A program made the position numbers and the translations under genes. The notes beneath the pieces are model-generated. The model ran no database searches. It was not told where the DNA came from and was given only the letters and a program-made list of their open reading frames with translations. A DNA stretch of 51,456 bases from Blastocystis sp. subtype 4 (taxonomy: Eukaryota). Within the stretch, counting starts at the first letter, position 1; every line of letters begins with the position of its first letter. Positions 10,164 through 21,732 of this stretch are shown here, piece by piece. The DNA lies in the NCBI RefSeq assembly GCF_000743755.1, contig NW_014569510.1, positions 1-51,456 on the forward strand, given 5' to 3'.

Positions 10164-13100
10164 ATGGTTGCAATGCTTGAACAAAACTCTCCGAGTATAT
10201 ACGCTTCTTTGGTTTCACAACTGGTGTAACCAAATGAATATCACCATAAGGAGTTTCAAAACTCATTTCACCACCACCTTCTTTAGGTAAGAAGTACATA
10301 TCAGCAGGAATACCCAGTGACTCATAAACCTCCTTTCTTCGATTCTGTCGATAGTTATGAGCTAGTTCATGATAGCCATGAAGAAGCTGACGACGGTACA
10401 TGATCACCAATACCACCAGCGTAATAACAACAACCGAAGGAACTGCTACCATCAGAATCTTCTCCCACAGAGTTTTTGGAGCAACCACAATTACTGGATT
10501 AAAGCGTATTTCAATGGACGTAACACTCCCATAACTCTTTGAATCTAGCTGATTTAAGAGTTGAAGTAATGGAGCAAGAAGTGAAGAGATCCGTTTAGCT
10601 ATGACTTTGGCCTGCGAAACCTTGGTGTCAACTTGAATACGATACAGGAAAATGGAGTCTGTCTACATATCACTCAAGTTCTTCATCTCAACGGGTTCAG
10701 ATATATCAACAACACTATACACAGTGACATGGGTATCCAACAAAACCATTAGACATGTTTCTATGTCCCGAGGAGCACTGTACTGAGCAATCGTAGGTTG
10801 AATATGGGTTATACTCATGATAAACTGGACAAACGCTTTGTGAGGCGATGGAACAAGTGCCGAGATGTGCGGCTCCGACGTATTCCATACACCCCAACGA
10901 TGGAGTGTATGATTCTTGTCCCATTCCACCCGACAACAATGCTTTACAAACCCTTTACTCAATGAATCATGAACTCCCTCCAATACACACTCTCCTCCTG
11001 CTGTCTCTGCTACAGTCTCCAATGCTGGACAGAATACAGGCGTTTCAGCAGATACCACAATACGTCCATAATAATGCCCATCATTTCCATTAAATTCAGA
11101 ACCTATGTCGTAAAACCTGTTCAGTGATCTCAACCATAAACAACAAAGAATAGTGAACGAACTACAGTCGAAGGTAATGCAATCTGTAGTGGGGAACACT
11201 GTTTGATCCAGAGTAGAGCATGATTACGTGATGCTAATAGCGATGTTGTCCCGTCCACCAGTTCACCATAAACCTCAAAGTATGCAGGAAGCTGAAGGAG
11301 ATTCACTCCACTTGAATAGAGAACAAAGGTTGAAACTGTTACTGGATATGGGAATGAGAGAATAATGAAAGATGGAAAGATACTGCTACTATATAGATAG
11401 AGTGTGAATGGAGAGAGTAATGACTCGGGAACGACTTGAGTCTAGTCATTACTACAAACTCTGATCCTTACAGGGACGACTGATTCAGAACGATGAATAG
11501 GAGTATGGACTGTAGTTTGTTGAATGGATCCTACAACTCCGTCTATTTGGCACTCAATAAGAGATTCACTTCTCAATACTGGTGTTAACAGATGTATGGC
11601 CACGACAGTATCATTCACAATTAATGATAGAGGAATAGAGAGATGATAAGTGATTGGTTCTAGAGGCATATCAATCAAAGGCTGATAACTTGTATCACTA
11701 TTTGATGGAGACAATCCCTCCTCCAGAATCAATTGACCAGACACATATACTTGGACAGCCGAAAGAACTGTCAGATGAAGCAACACACTGCTATAATAGG
11801 AATGAACCGGAGTAAAATGTTTACGAATATACACATTCCCTTCAGTCACAGGAACAAGCGATTGACTTGTTGACATCCAGAAACCATCATCATATGATGG
11901 TCTTATCCATTCATTCAAAGGAGGTTCCGGACTTGGATATAGCAACCAAGAATCTCCATGACTCATAAAGGGATCCATCTCTACTATGAACTCTTGGTCT
12001 TTAGAAGCTCGATGTGCGATCAACATATCTTCATGATATACAAACCACTCCATATTATCACTATTCTAAATACCTCCTTATGATCCTACGGGATATCCTG
12101 AATACGACAATCACCTCTCGGGATAAGAATACTCTGCAGAATCCGATGTGTTGTAAGGTTCGTCATTGGGTACAACTCATATGTCAGATTCCCGTTAAAC
12201 TCAAACCACGGGAATTGGATCGATTTAACTTCATTAAGCATCTCAATAACAACAGCTTGGGCCTGCATTGCTTGAATCTCCTTATCTGATACTACTTCAA
12301 TTCCAAGTTCGAACTGAATATTCCCTTGTATGCTCTGAATTTCAATACTACCTTCAAATACTCCAGTCTCTTCTGCATACCCCGACACACAATTCTCCAA
12401 AGGATCATATGTGATCCAATCAGGAAGACCATGAAGAACCACAGAGGAGAAGAACCCATGATGATACCACAGGATAGAAGAAATAGGTTGGCCTACTGGG
12501 AATGTATAATCCTGTTGAAAGGGGTTTATGAAGAGAGGATCGTATGGCAATGAAAAGGTCCTGACACGACGTTCATTATATCGAACGAACATAGACGGAA
12601 GATGCTCATCACCTCGATACAGTGTAAACCAGCATCCTTGAGGAGATGAACATAGATAGGATACAGTCAGATCACCGCTTGCTGTACAGATTGGAACTAC
12701 AACCGAAGGATCTACAGAATGATCGAACTTCACTTCTGAGTCCAGTTTGATCATGGCCTGGCCTTTTCCTACCGTGAAACGGACATAATAGAACGTTTCA
12801 GAACAGACTTCTGTTTGAATGTACAGTTGCTTGCTTACAGCACCTGCTGAATTTGCAGCAATCAAAGTGTAGTTGTTGGCAAGGACTTCAGTTACATTTC
12901 CAGTGATGCTGTATGGCGAGAGCAGTATCGAGGACGGTAAAGGTGGGACTGCTGTTAGCGTCACACCATTGGAGTGATCCAATGTTACTGTGATGAGGAA
13001 GACTTCACCAAGAGGAAGCGAAACTGAATCTCCAATCTCCTGACCATTCACCGTTAACAGGAGTGAAGTTGGCTTGATAATGGGTTCTATGAATCAACCA

Positions 13101-15154
13101 ACAATTCCTGAAATACCTCCCACAGAAACTTGTACAGTAACCCGTTGGGATGACTCCTGACAACCAATAGTCAAAGAAGAAGCAGGAACCGATTGAGTGG
13201 CACTACATGCCAGAGTACCATTTGAGAAGAGTTCAAAGCCAACAGGAAGAGGAGACAGTGAGAATACAGTACAATTAGAAGGCAAAGCAATTACGTCATT
13301 CACAGGGCATGATTGGCCTTGAATACAATGATAGAATGGATACTGATAAGAGAATGAAGGAAGAGGTGAGAGGATTCTGAAAGGATCTTCCGATGTAGTT
13401 TCATTGAAGACAATCATCATTGTATGATAATTCTGAATACCTATACAGTTGATTTCCAGAGATACAGCCTCTCCTAGAGAATGAATACGAACAATAGACT
13501 TACTCAAAGAAGATGGAAGAAAGAAGAGATTTGGCTTGAGCAAATGATTGTTCAATATCACTTCACACTCTTCATCTACTTCAATTATAAAGGGAGCCAA
13601 TGTGAATAGTTGAAGAGTAGCGCGATAAGAGAGAAGTGGAGCAATCAAATCCTTAGGAACATCTCTAAACATAAGATCCTATTCATCCGACATACTGTTC
13701 TGTGAACACTTCCATTGAATGGATTGCTTTCTGCAGAACAATTACTTCAGGATTCAACTCCGACCGGACTGTAACTGTCATTCCTTCCTGTGGTTCCTCG
13801 ATAAGATAGGTCTGTCGTATCAAACGACTTCCTTTTCGAGTGTAGGCAATGGCTGTAAACTCATATTCACCAACAACAGGATTCACAGCACGAAGCGAAT
13901 AGGGACTTGTTGTGATGAGATTGTCTTGTGTCATTGAAAGTACGAGTTTCTCTGGGTTTCTCCATCCTTGTAACTTCATATCAAGAGGTATACCTTCAAA
14001 GCCAGTGGCTGGAGGGAAGAAAGAGAAAAGAGGAGTGATCACAGGTAAGAACAACGTATCATGTGTCAGTAATGTGTCTGCCAACCCAATCGTGTTGGAG
14101 CCATAAAATAGAGCAACATAAGAGTCTGTACAATAGAGAACAAGGCGATGTAAACCGCCAGACAACATAATTGTAACTCTCCGATGAACTGGCTGTGATG
14201 TCAGCTCAACTTGGAGAAGAGGATTCGTGTAATCATCAAGATACAGAACAGCTTCTGCAGCTGATTTGAGAGTGAACGAATATGGAGCCGAATAGTCAGC
14301 CGAAAAGTAGGAGACTAGACGGACATTGCGTGTCAACTGGGATGATTCTGAAGTTTTACGCTCTGTAGGCACCCAACTGAACGAGGATTGGACTTCACAA
14401 CTCCCCATCGCTATACCAGAGAACAACTTCTCCGCTACTCCCTTAAAAACATCAGGAAGCGAAACAGTACAAGCTACTACACCGTGATCTGCCTTCTCAG
14501 AAAAAGAATTCACAACAATATTGAAATCAGTCTTAACAGATCCAAAACGGTTTGATCCAACCACTCGAATATGAAAAGTCTTCTGATTCATCGTCTCTGA
14601 ATTCTTTAGTTGTTCCAGAATAGGAATTCCAGAAATCACCCCTGTAGTTTCATTAAAATGAAGACCTGAAGGCAATTCATCAGTAATAGTAAACATCGAC
14701 AGAAAAGCATCACTTGTAGGGAAAAGGGGATCCATCACCATTTCTTCATAAATTGAGACACTATACACACCATAATCAAGATATGTCGGTCCTGAGATCA
14801 CTATATTTATAATCAAGAGACAAAAATACCATCCACCGTAATTATTAGCGATGAGTTATTATTGTACACAAAAATGGGATGTTTGGTAACAACAAAACCA
14901 CAACTCCCAGACAAATACCTACCATCAAAATCAAGTCCCATGAGTAGATTGGTAGCTTCTAGAGGCAAATGAGGCGAATTGCTGTCTAAACACTCCACTA
15001 ATTCTATTGCAGATCCCATTTCCACAACGATATGAGTGTTTGAACACGAAATAAAGGCAGATTCAGTACAATCTTCATGGTTAACACAGTCGTATCCAGA
15101 CTTACACAAAGTGAAGAGAAGGAAAAAAGGGTGCCATAACAACAGAGTGTGCAT
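10164..15154 (-). CDS. Large type I membrane/surface protein with Ig-like (He_PIG-type), PA14-like and jelly-roll segments; stop completed by polyadenylation
   Basis: Signal peptide; LPSGLHFNETTGVISGIP and GLPDWITYD..VSG; PA14-like YSFTLKS...LYLDD...GLHRL; W...YDDGFW..VYIRKHF; transmembrane helix ILMVAVPSVVVITLVVLVIMY-RR. Consecutive minus-strand ORFs are joined by ~30-nt introns. Confidence 0.7.
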
Positions 15155-15177
15155 TTGAACAAAAACAAAGTGACAGC

Positions 15178-15942
15178 TCATTTACACTTCTCGAACTCCT
15201 TTGCAACGAAATTCCAGTTCACAATTTTCCACCAATCTAAATATCAAATAAACTGAAAAAACCAACTCTTCACATAATCAGCACGACGGAATTGGTAGTC
15301 CAAATAGTACGAATGTTCCCAAACATCCAGTGTCAGAAGAGGACGCAGGCCATCTAACTATCAACAGAACAAGTCACATCCACTTTGCATAGGATTCACT
15401 TCATTCGAAGTGTTCATCACTTTCAACTTGTTTTCCTTTCCATCATACACAAGCCACGTCCAGCCACTTCCAAATAAGCCGACAGCTGAGGTAGTAAAGG
15501 CAGTCTGGAATTGAGCAAAGGATCCAAAATCCTTGTTGATCCGATCCAGCAAGACTCCTGAAGGCTGTTCTGATTTCGGAGTCATACAGTTCCAGAAGAA
15601 TGTATGATTCCAAATCTAGACTTTACAATATCCTCCTACATCTACCTGGGCTGCTTGATTGTGAATAGGTCCTGAAACTTCTGTAATATAGTATTCTAAT
15701 GATTTGCGATCCGTATCCTTCGTAAAGGCGTTAAGATTATTAACATAACTATGAATCAGGTAATGAATAAGAAACGACGTTTGATGGTGACCGTTGTAAT
15801 GACATGTCAGTGTCTTCTCACTAATGACAGGCTCTAAATCCTTTTTAGAATAGGGAAGAGGAGGAAGCTTGAATTCTTCAGATGCAAAGGAACGAGCAAA
15901 AAATGCAGGTTTCACAATTTTCATAAAGGTACGCGATAACAT
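15178..15942 (-). CDS. SOD: Iron superoxide dismutase with an organelle-targeting presequence
   Basis: LPPLPY...[43 protein letters not shown] plus FGSGW is the Fe-type pattern. N-terminus [21 protein letters not shown]. Confidence 0.93.
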
Positions 15943-16119
15943 TCCAAGATATTAATGGATGAAGTAATCACTTGTCAAGCATTCCCGCGGTTCTTTGTTT
16001 TCTGCTTTCCATTGATGCCAAATGGATTACCCATGGCTTTGATTTCCTCGTCTTTGTGTGATCGTGTGAGAGTTCCATACATTCACGTTCTCGTGACTCA
16101 ACAATAAACTACATTGTTA

Positions 16120-16611
16120 ATGAGTAACGATTCTACGGCAGCAGGTAGGGTCGTATAAATGATTCATAACTATTTCAGATCTTGTTCCGACAGAAGTGTT
16201 CCGATGTGGTAAGTGTGGAGCAATTCTTTTTCGGAAGGATCAGTTGGCAAAACACACCCCCTTTGAACATAAATTAGCCTTTGAAAAGACAAAACGAGTA
16301 CTGTTGTTGTTATGTTGACGAATAAAGGATAAACATCCTGCACATGGGTGTCTGTCCTATTTTCTCCAGTCTTGTCCTCCCTGGGTGAAAAACCAAGACC
16401 AAGTTGAAGCCAAGATATACTGTCCCAATTGTATGTATCGGATAGGAAGCCTGAAATGGCAAGGAGAACAGTGTTCATATATCCTTTTTCCTTTATCTTC
16501 AGTACTTCCTTAACATTAGGTGGAACGTGGGTTGCTCCTGCCATTCAGTTTCCTATGAGTAAAGTGGACTTAAAAACTGTGATGCTTCCGCGAAAGAAGG
16601 AAGCTGAGTAA
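16120..16611 (+). CDS. Stand-alone Yvh1/DUSP12-type zinc-binding-domain protein with no phosphatase domain
   Basis: After three introns: [26 protein letters not shown]...H...GCLSYF...W...[39 protein letters not shown]...*. TGTTTGTT at 16619-16626. Confidence 0.85.
16479..16519 (+). other. U12-type intron with AT-AG termini, 41 nt
   Basis: 5' ATATCCTTT, branch TTCCTTAAC at 16506-16514, ends ATTAG. Removal restores the CSCG motif. Confidence 0.88.
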
Positions 16612-16639
16612 CACAATTTGTTTGTTGTTAATTCTTTTC

Positions 16640-18061
16640 ATGGACTCTCTCTTCCCTCGATCGTCTCCTACCGATCCTATATACTTGGACTACAACGCCA
16701 CAACTCCTGTGGATCCCGAGGTTGCCAAGGCTATGTGGCCTTATATGACCAAATACTTTGGGAATCCGTCCTCTTCTCATGTTTATGGACGTTGTATACG
16801 GCATTTTGGTTAGTTTCATTGTAGTGGCCAAAGCTGGTGTTGAAGAGGCTCGTAATTCGGTTGCTCAAATGATCAATGCGGAGCCCTCCGAGATTCTCTT
16901 TCTCTCTGGAGGTAGGCTTAAAGGCTTGGTTTTAATAGTAGGTTCCGAGTCAATTAACCAGGCATTGATCGGAGGTATTCGCGCGCTTCATGATGACCGT
17001 CGAACCATCATTGCATCTTGTTTTGAGCATCCTGCTGTCAATGAGACTTTAAGGTATATATTCATTGTTATACTAATTCTAAGGTTTTTGAAGGAAGAAT
17101 ACGGTTTCACCATTCTCCATCTCCAAGTAAATCGTTATGGTTTTGTGGATGCAGATGAGTTGGAGAAGCTGTTATCTTCAGATGTAGCTATGGTTACATG
17201 TATGTTGGCGAACAACGAAATTGGTTCTATTCAGCCCATTGCAGAAATGGTGAAACGCGTTCGAGCTTTTGAGAGTTCTTTTTCTCTTTCTTGTTAATCT
17301 TAGAATCAACAGCCGGCAATGGTACTATTCTTTTCCATTGTGATGCCAGTCAAGCAGGTGGAAAGATGCCTGTAGATACACAGAAGCTTGGAGTGGATTA
17401 CATGACTATGGCAGGACATAAGATTTATGCTACCAAGGGAGTTGGCATTCTGTATATTCGAAATGGATCTTTGGAGCCCAAACAGATTATTCATGGAGCA
17501 AACCAGGAGAAGGGACGTCGAGCTGGAACAGAGAATGTTATTCTATGTGTTGGAATGGGTAAAGCAGCCGAACTCATCCATACCAATCTCCAGGATGACA
17601 TGAAGCGTATGCACCAGCTAAAACAACATTTAAAGATGTTATTAGTGAAGAAGAGTCCTGTTCATGTCCGTGTTAATAGTACCATGAACTCGAACTATGA
17701 AACTGATGAAGATGATACAGCCTCCTATCTATCAAACACTCTTAGTATCTCTTTCGAGGGCATTCTGTCTTCATCTCTTCTTGCAATCATGAATGACTCT
17801 CTGTGTACCTCTGCAGGTGCTGCATGTCACTCAACGGATGGTATTTCCATAAGTGATGTTCTGAAAGCAATCGAGTGTCCTCCTTCATTCGCTATTGGTA
17901 CACTTCGTCTTTCGGTAGGACGCTACACTACCATGGATGATGTTGAAAAAGCAGCAGAGGTAATATTAAGTGGTATTCAGCAGCTTCTTGATAATCCTAC
18001 TGATATCCAGAAATGTGCTTGGAATATGTACCACATCGATCCAAGTTCCTGTCTTGTATGA
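16640..18061 (+). CDS. PLP-dependent cysteine desulfurase / selenocysteine lyase family protein (NifS group I-like)
   Basis: [45 protein letters not shown] (PLP lysine), [23 protein letters not shown]. Confidence 0.9.
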
Positions 18062-18689
18062 TCTGTCTTGTTTTTTTAGCATTTCAATTCTATTGAATCG
18101 ATGTTTTAATAAACAGATGAATGGACATTTCATGTGAGTGTGGTAAAACAACAAATTACTACTACTGTTATATAGATAACAGTCTGCTAATTCCAGTCAT
18201 CGAATTGTTATTCATATGAGTCTGTATCTTAACATTGTACTTCATTTTGCACTCTTTCCGGATAGCATCGTTGTCTTCATTTACCTCTAATTATTTCTAC
18301 AAAATATAATCTAGATAGTGAGTTGTTGGTGACCTCCACTGAGAATAAGAATACTTTTCTTACCTGTCAATAGTGTGTTTCTATGATAAGGCATATTACT
18401 GTCAGAAAGGACGTAAATGTAGTCTTTGTATGTATCATTGTCTACTATATCAAACCATCCAAGTAATTGAAACGAATACTAAATTCCAACTGTATGTTCC
18501 TACTACCCCTTTCTTTAGGACTATTGATAGCGAACAATAGAAAGTTAAGGAAACTGATAAGATGATCGTTTTAGTGGACTTGTTGGTCTTTTGATTATCT
18601 AATATGATTCTTTGTAATGATCGTAATTTCGCCATAGTTGTCGTATTTGGCGCAATCAGTTATTTCTGTTTTGTTATCTACATGTCAAT

Positions 18690-20339
18690 ATGAGGTTGTA
18701 TGTGTGGCTATTCCGTCTCCTCATGTTGTATTCAGTATTTGGGAGTTATCTCTATTATTGTCCTGATTCTACTGATAGTCCTCTCCATTTAGTTTATCGA
18801 AGTTCAACCGAATCAAAACCTAGTAATAGTCACTCGCTATCGGTATTTCCGAAGACATCATTTCTCAATGATACTGTGATTAGTATAGAGCAATCTGGTT
18901 CATCTATTGGCCTTCAACTGCAAATCCAGGAGTTTAATAATCAGTCAGAAACTGTTGGGTATGATTATAATCACTCGTTAACAGAATTGCCAAAGGTCTC
19001 GTTGCTTAATACTACTGTAAATAGTACAGTACAGTTCAATCTTTCTATGGGAGTACAACACCATATCCCAACGTTTGATTATCAGTCAGAAACGGTTGGG
19101 TTTGATTATTTTCGTGCATTAGGAAGGTTTCCAAGAGTGTCGTGTAACAAAACTATTGTGAAGAAGATAAAGAACGTCAAATCAAAGATGGACATACCAC
19201 ATTTTCGGGAATTTAATAATCATTCGGAGTCGGTTCGTGATCGTTTGAATATTCCTACGAATGTCACTTTAGTTTATACAACAAAGTTGGTTAGATCAAA
19301 TAACATGAGCATTAGAATTAACAGGATGGGATTCTTTGATCGAACATTGCAGTTGTGGAAAGGATATGTGATTGCATGTGTATACTGTTTGAAATCAGAA
19401 GAAGAATCATTGATTCAATTCATTGAATCCAAACACTATCCTTCTCGTTTTCATATCATTCTCTATATTGTTGAAGATGAATGCATCAATTTATCCTATG
19501 AATGCAATGAGGAACATAGCAATTGAAAAGGTTAAAACGACTCATTATCTAGTATTGGATATGGATGAATGGTTTATTGATTCTCTTGAATCTGAGATTG
19601 CTACTCTTCCTTCAAGTATCATGGAAGCAGAAGATGTTGCAATTGTTGTACCATTGGTTATTATGAATACGTTGGTTCTTACCCCTCGTTGTTGTTCTCT
19701 TGATTCTTGTGTTCAAATGTAAATCATGATGATTGTTACAATAATAGTGATTCTGTGTTCATGCCCCAAAATCTGGATATGTTAAAAAAATGTGTTCAGT
19801 CTAGAGTGTGTGTATTTTTGAGAAATGTATTGCATTCTCATGTATTCATGGTTACAAGGATTAATACTAGTATTATACCAATAGATATTGGCTACAAGTT
19901 GTCACTGAAAAGAAAGAACCTGTGGTTCCTCTTAAATGTGTTTGGGATCGTCTACAAGAACCGTTTGAATAATGGATTGAATTGATTGTAGATACTATAT
20001 TCTTCGAAAAGGACCAAACACTCCAATGTATAGTGAACGGTTTCATACTTATGGACATAACAAGGTTAGTCATATGAATAATCTCATTGTCAATAGTAGA
20101 AGATAAATAAGCTCTTAAGCATAGACTATCGATTCTATATCATGACTCACACATTCCTTGTGGATATTGCTCATCGACCATCTCCAACGAAATTGTACTC
20201 AAACAAATATTTCAGAGGAATGAATTGGGTCTATGATGGGTTTCTACGAGAGTTAGGTAAGGATATCAAGAAGCCGTATAATCTACCACTTTGTTCGCAA
20301 CTACCACTAATGTATTCTTTACATGAATCTGTGTATTAG
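18690..20339 (+). CDS. GT49 (LARGE/B4GAT1-like) glycosyltransferase with an apparent +1 frameshift near 19480
   Basis: N-terminal signal/anchor, repeat stem, VTLV, W.G, YPMNAMRNIA, LDMD, QEPY, ERF..YGHNKVSH, FLVDIAH. Confidence 0.75.
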
Positions 20340-20416
20340 TGATTCTTTGTTTGTTAAGATGGATCTATTCATACTCTTGATGATAATGAACAGAATGTGA
20401 TTTAAATCAACATCAC

Positions 20417-21582
20417 TTATACAATAGCATTATCATAAGTATAAGAGAACTGACTAAAAGCAAATCTGAAATTCAAAACAGGATCAGATAAAGTATGGGA
20501 GAGAGCTATAGTTTCATCTGATGTATCCTCCGACACTTGAGGCATGAATGGAGACGAGAGCTGCTTGTTCTTCAGTTTCTCCCAATCAAGATGGGAAAAG
20601 AAACCATGGTTCTGTAGATCAGAAAGACCATTCGCACCAAGACGATTGTTAGGATTGCGATCCAACAATCGAAAACACACATTGAAAGCGTTTCGTTAAT
20701 GAACGAACAATGATCACAATTGTAGGATATTGAGATAGACATGGAAGGAGGTTTAACCAACCGTTTATTGAGGATTTGATCAAATACTTGCTTCTCATTG
20801 GAACCTTCAAATGGATCCTTGCCTGTCAATAGCTCCCACAATAACACGCCTAATGCCCACCAATCTGCAGAATAAGTGTAGTTCTTCTTTAGAATCACCT
20901 CTGGAGGGAGATAAGACACAGTACCTCCTGTGCTCCACTTCGAGCGATCACGACCCAAATGCTTACACAATCCCATATCAATAACCCGAATATGACCATT
21001 CTTATCCAACAACACATTCTCTGGTTTCAAATCACGATACACGAAGTGCTGTGAATGGAGGTAGTCTAAGGCAATGGCTATCTCTGCACAGTAAAATGCT
21101 GCCTGGATTTCGGTGAAACAACCATTCGCTAAATGACTTCGCAAATCACCGCCTTCATAGTAATCGGTGATTAAGAATAATCGAGTTGTCGTTTGGAATG
21201 CATAATATAGTCTACATATTTCTGTTTATGACAAGATTACTTAGAGAGATAGGGACAGTCAACAGTTGCTAATACCTTTCTCTCCGATAACATGTTTTGA
21301 TATTGTACATATCTGTTATTGAGATCATTCTATGAGAAGATACGTTTCCAAACTTGACTTTCGTATAACTTTCATTGCCAACACAGTATCTGATCCTTTC
21401 TTCTTCACCTATCGATTACAGATATAGCAAAAGTCAACTAGGAATATTCTGCCGTTTCCCCCTTCAGCTAGTTTTCGTAAGACTACAAAATCATTGATTG
21501 TTACTGTTGGAGTTTTTGGTCCGTCCAGTCTCTGTTCTTGGTGCAATTCTACTGCATTGTATGGACGGCAACACTTGATCAT
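20417..21582 (-). CDS. AGC-family Ser/Thr kinase
   Basis: AMKV, LYYAFQT, YRDLKPENVLLD..GHI, DMG, GT..YLPPE, DWWALG, RLG, C-terminal FSQFSY hydrophobic motif. Start is tentative. Confidence 0.88.
20690..20730 (-). other. U12-type intron with AT-AC termini, 41 nt
   Basis: Minus strand ATATCCTAC...TTCATTAAC-GAAAC. Removal joins PPSMSIS to AFNVCFRLLDRNPNNRLG. Confidence 0.88.
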
Positions 21583-21732
21583 CAGAAAATGGAGAGTTGT
21601 ATACAAAATTCCCCATAAGTCGAGGTAACTTAACAACAGACGAAGCGAAACAAATTGAGTACTAAAAGATTGCTAAGATACTTAGAAAAAACAATCCCGT
21701 GGGAATTGAATGTAGGAGGATTCTCATAGTTT

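Noticed and set aside
16170..16544. Minus-strand 124-aa ORF
   Set aside because: Antisense to the spliced zinc-binding-domain gene; no recognisable motifs.
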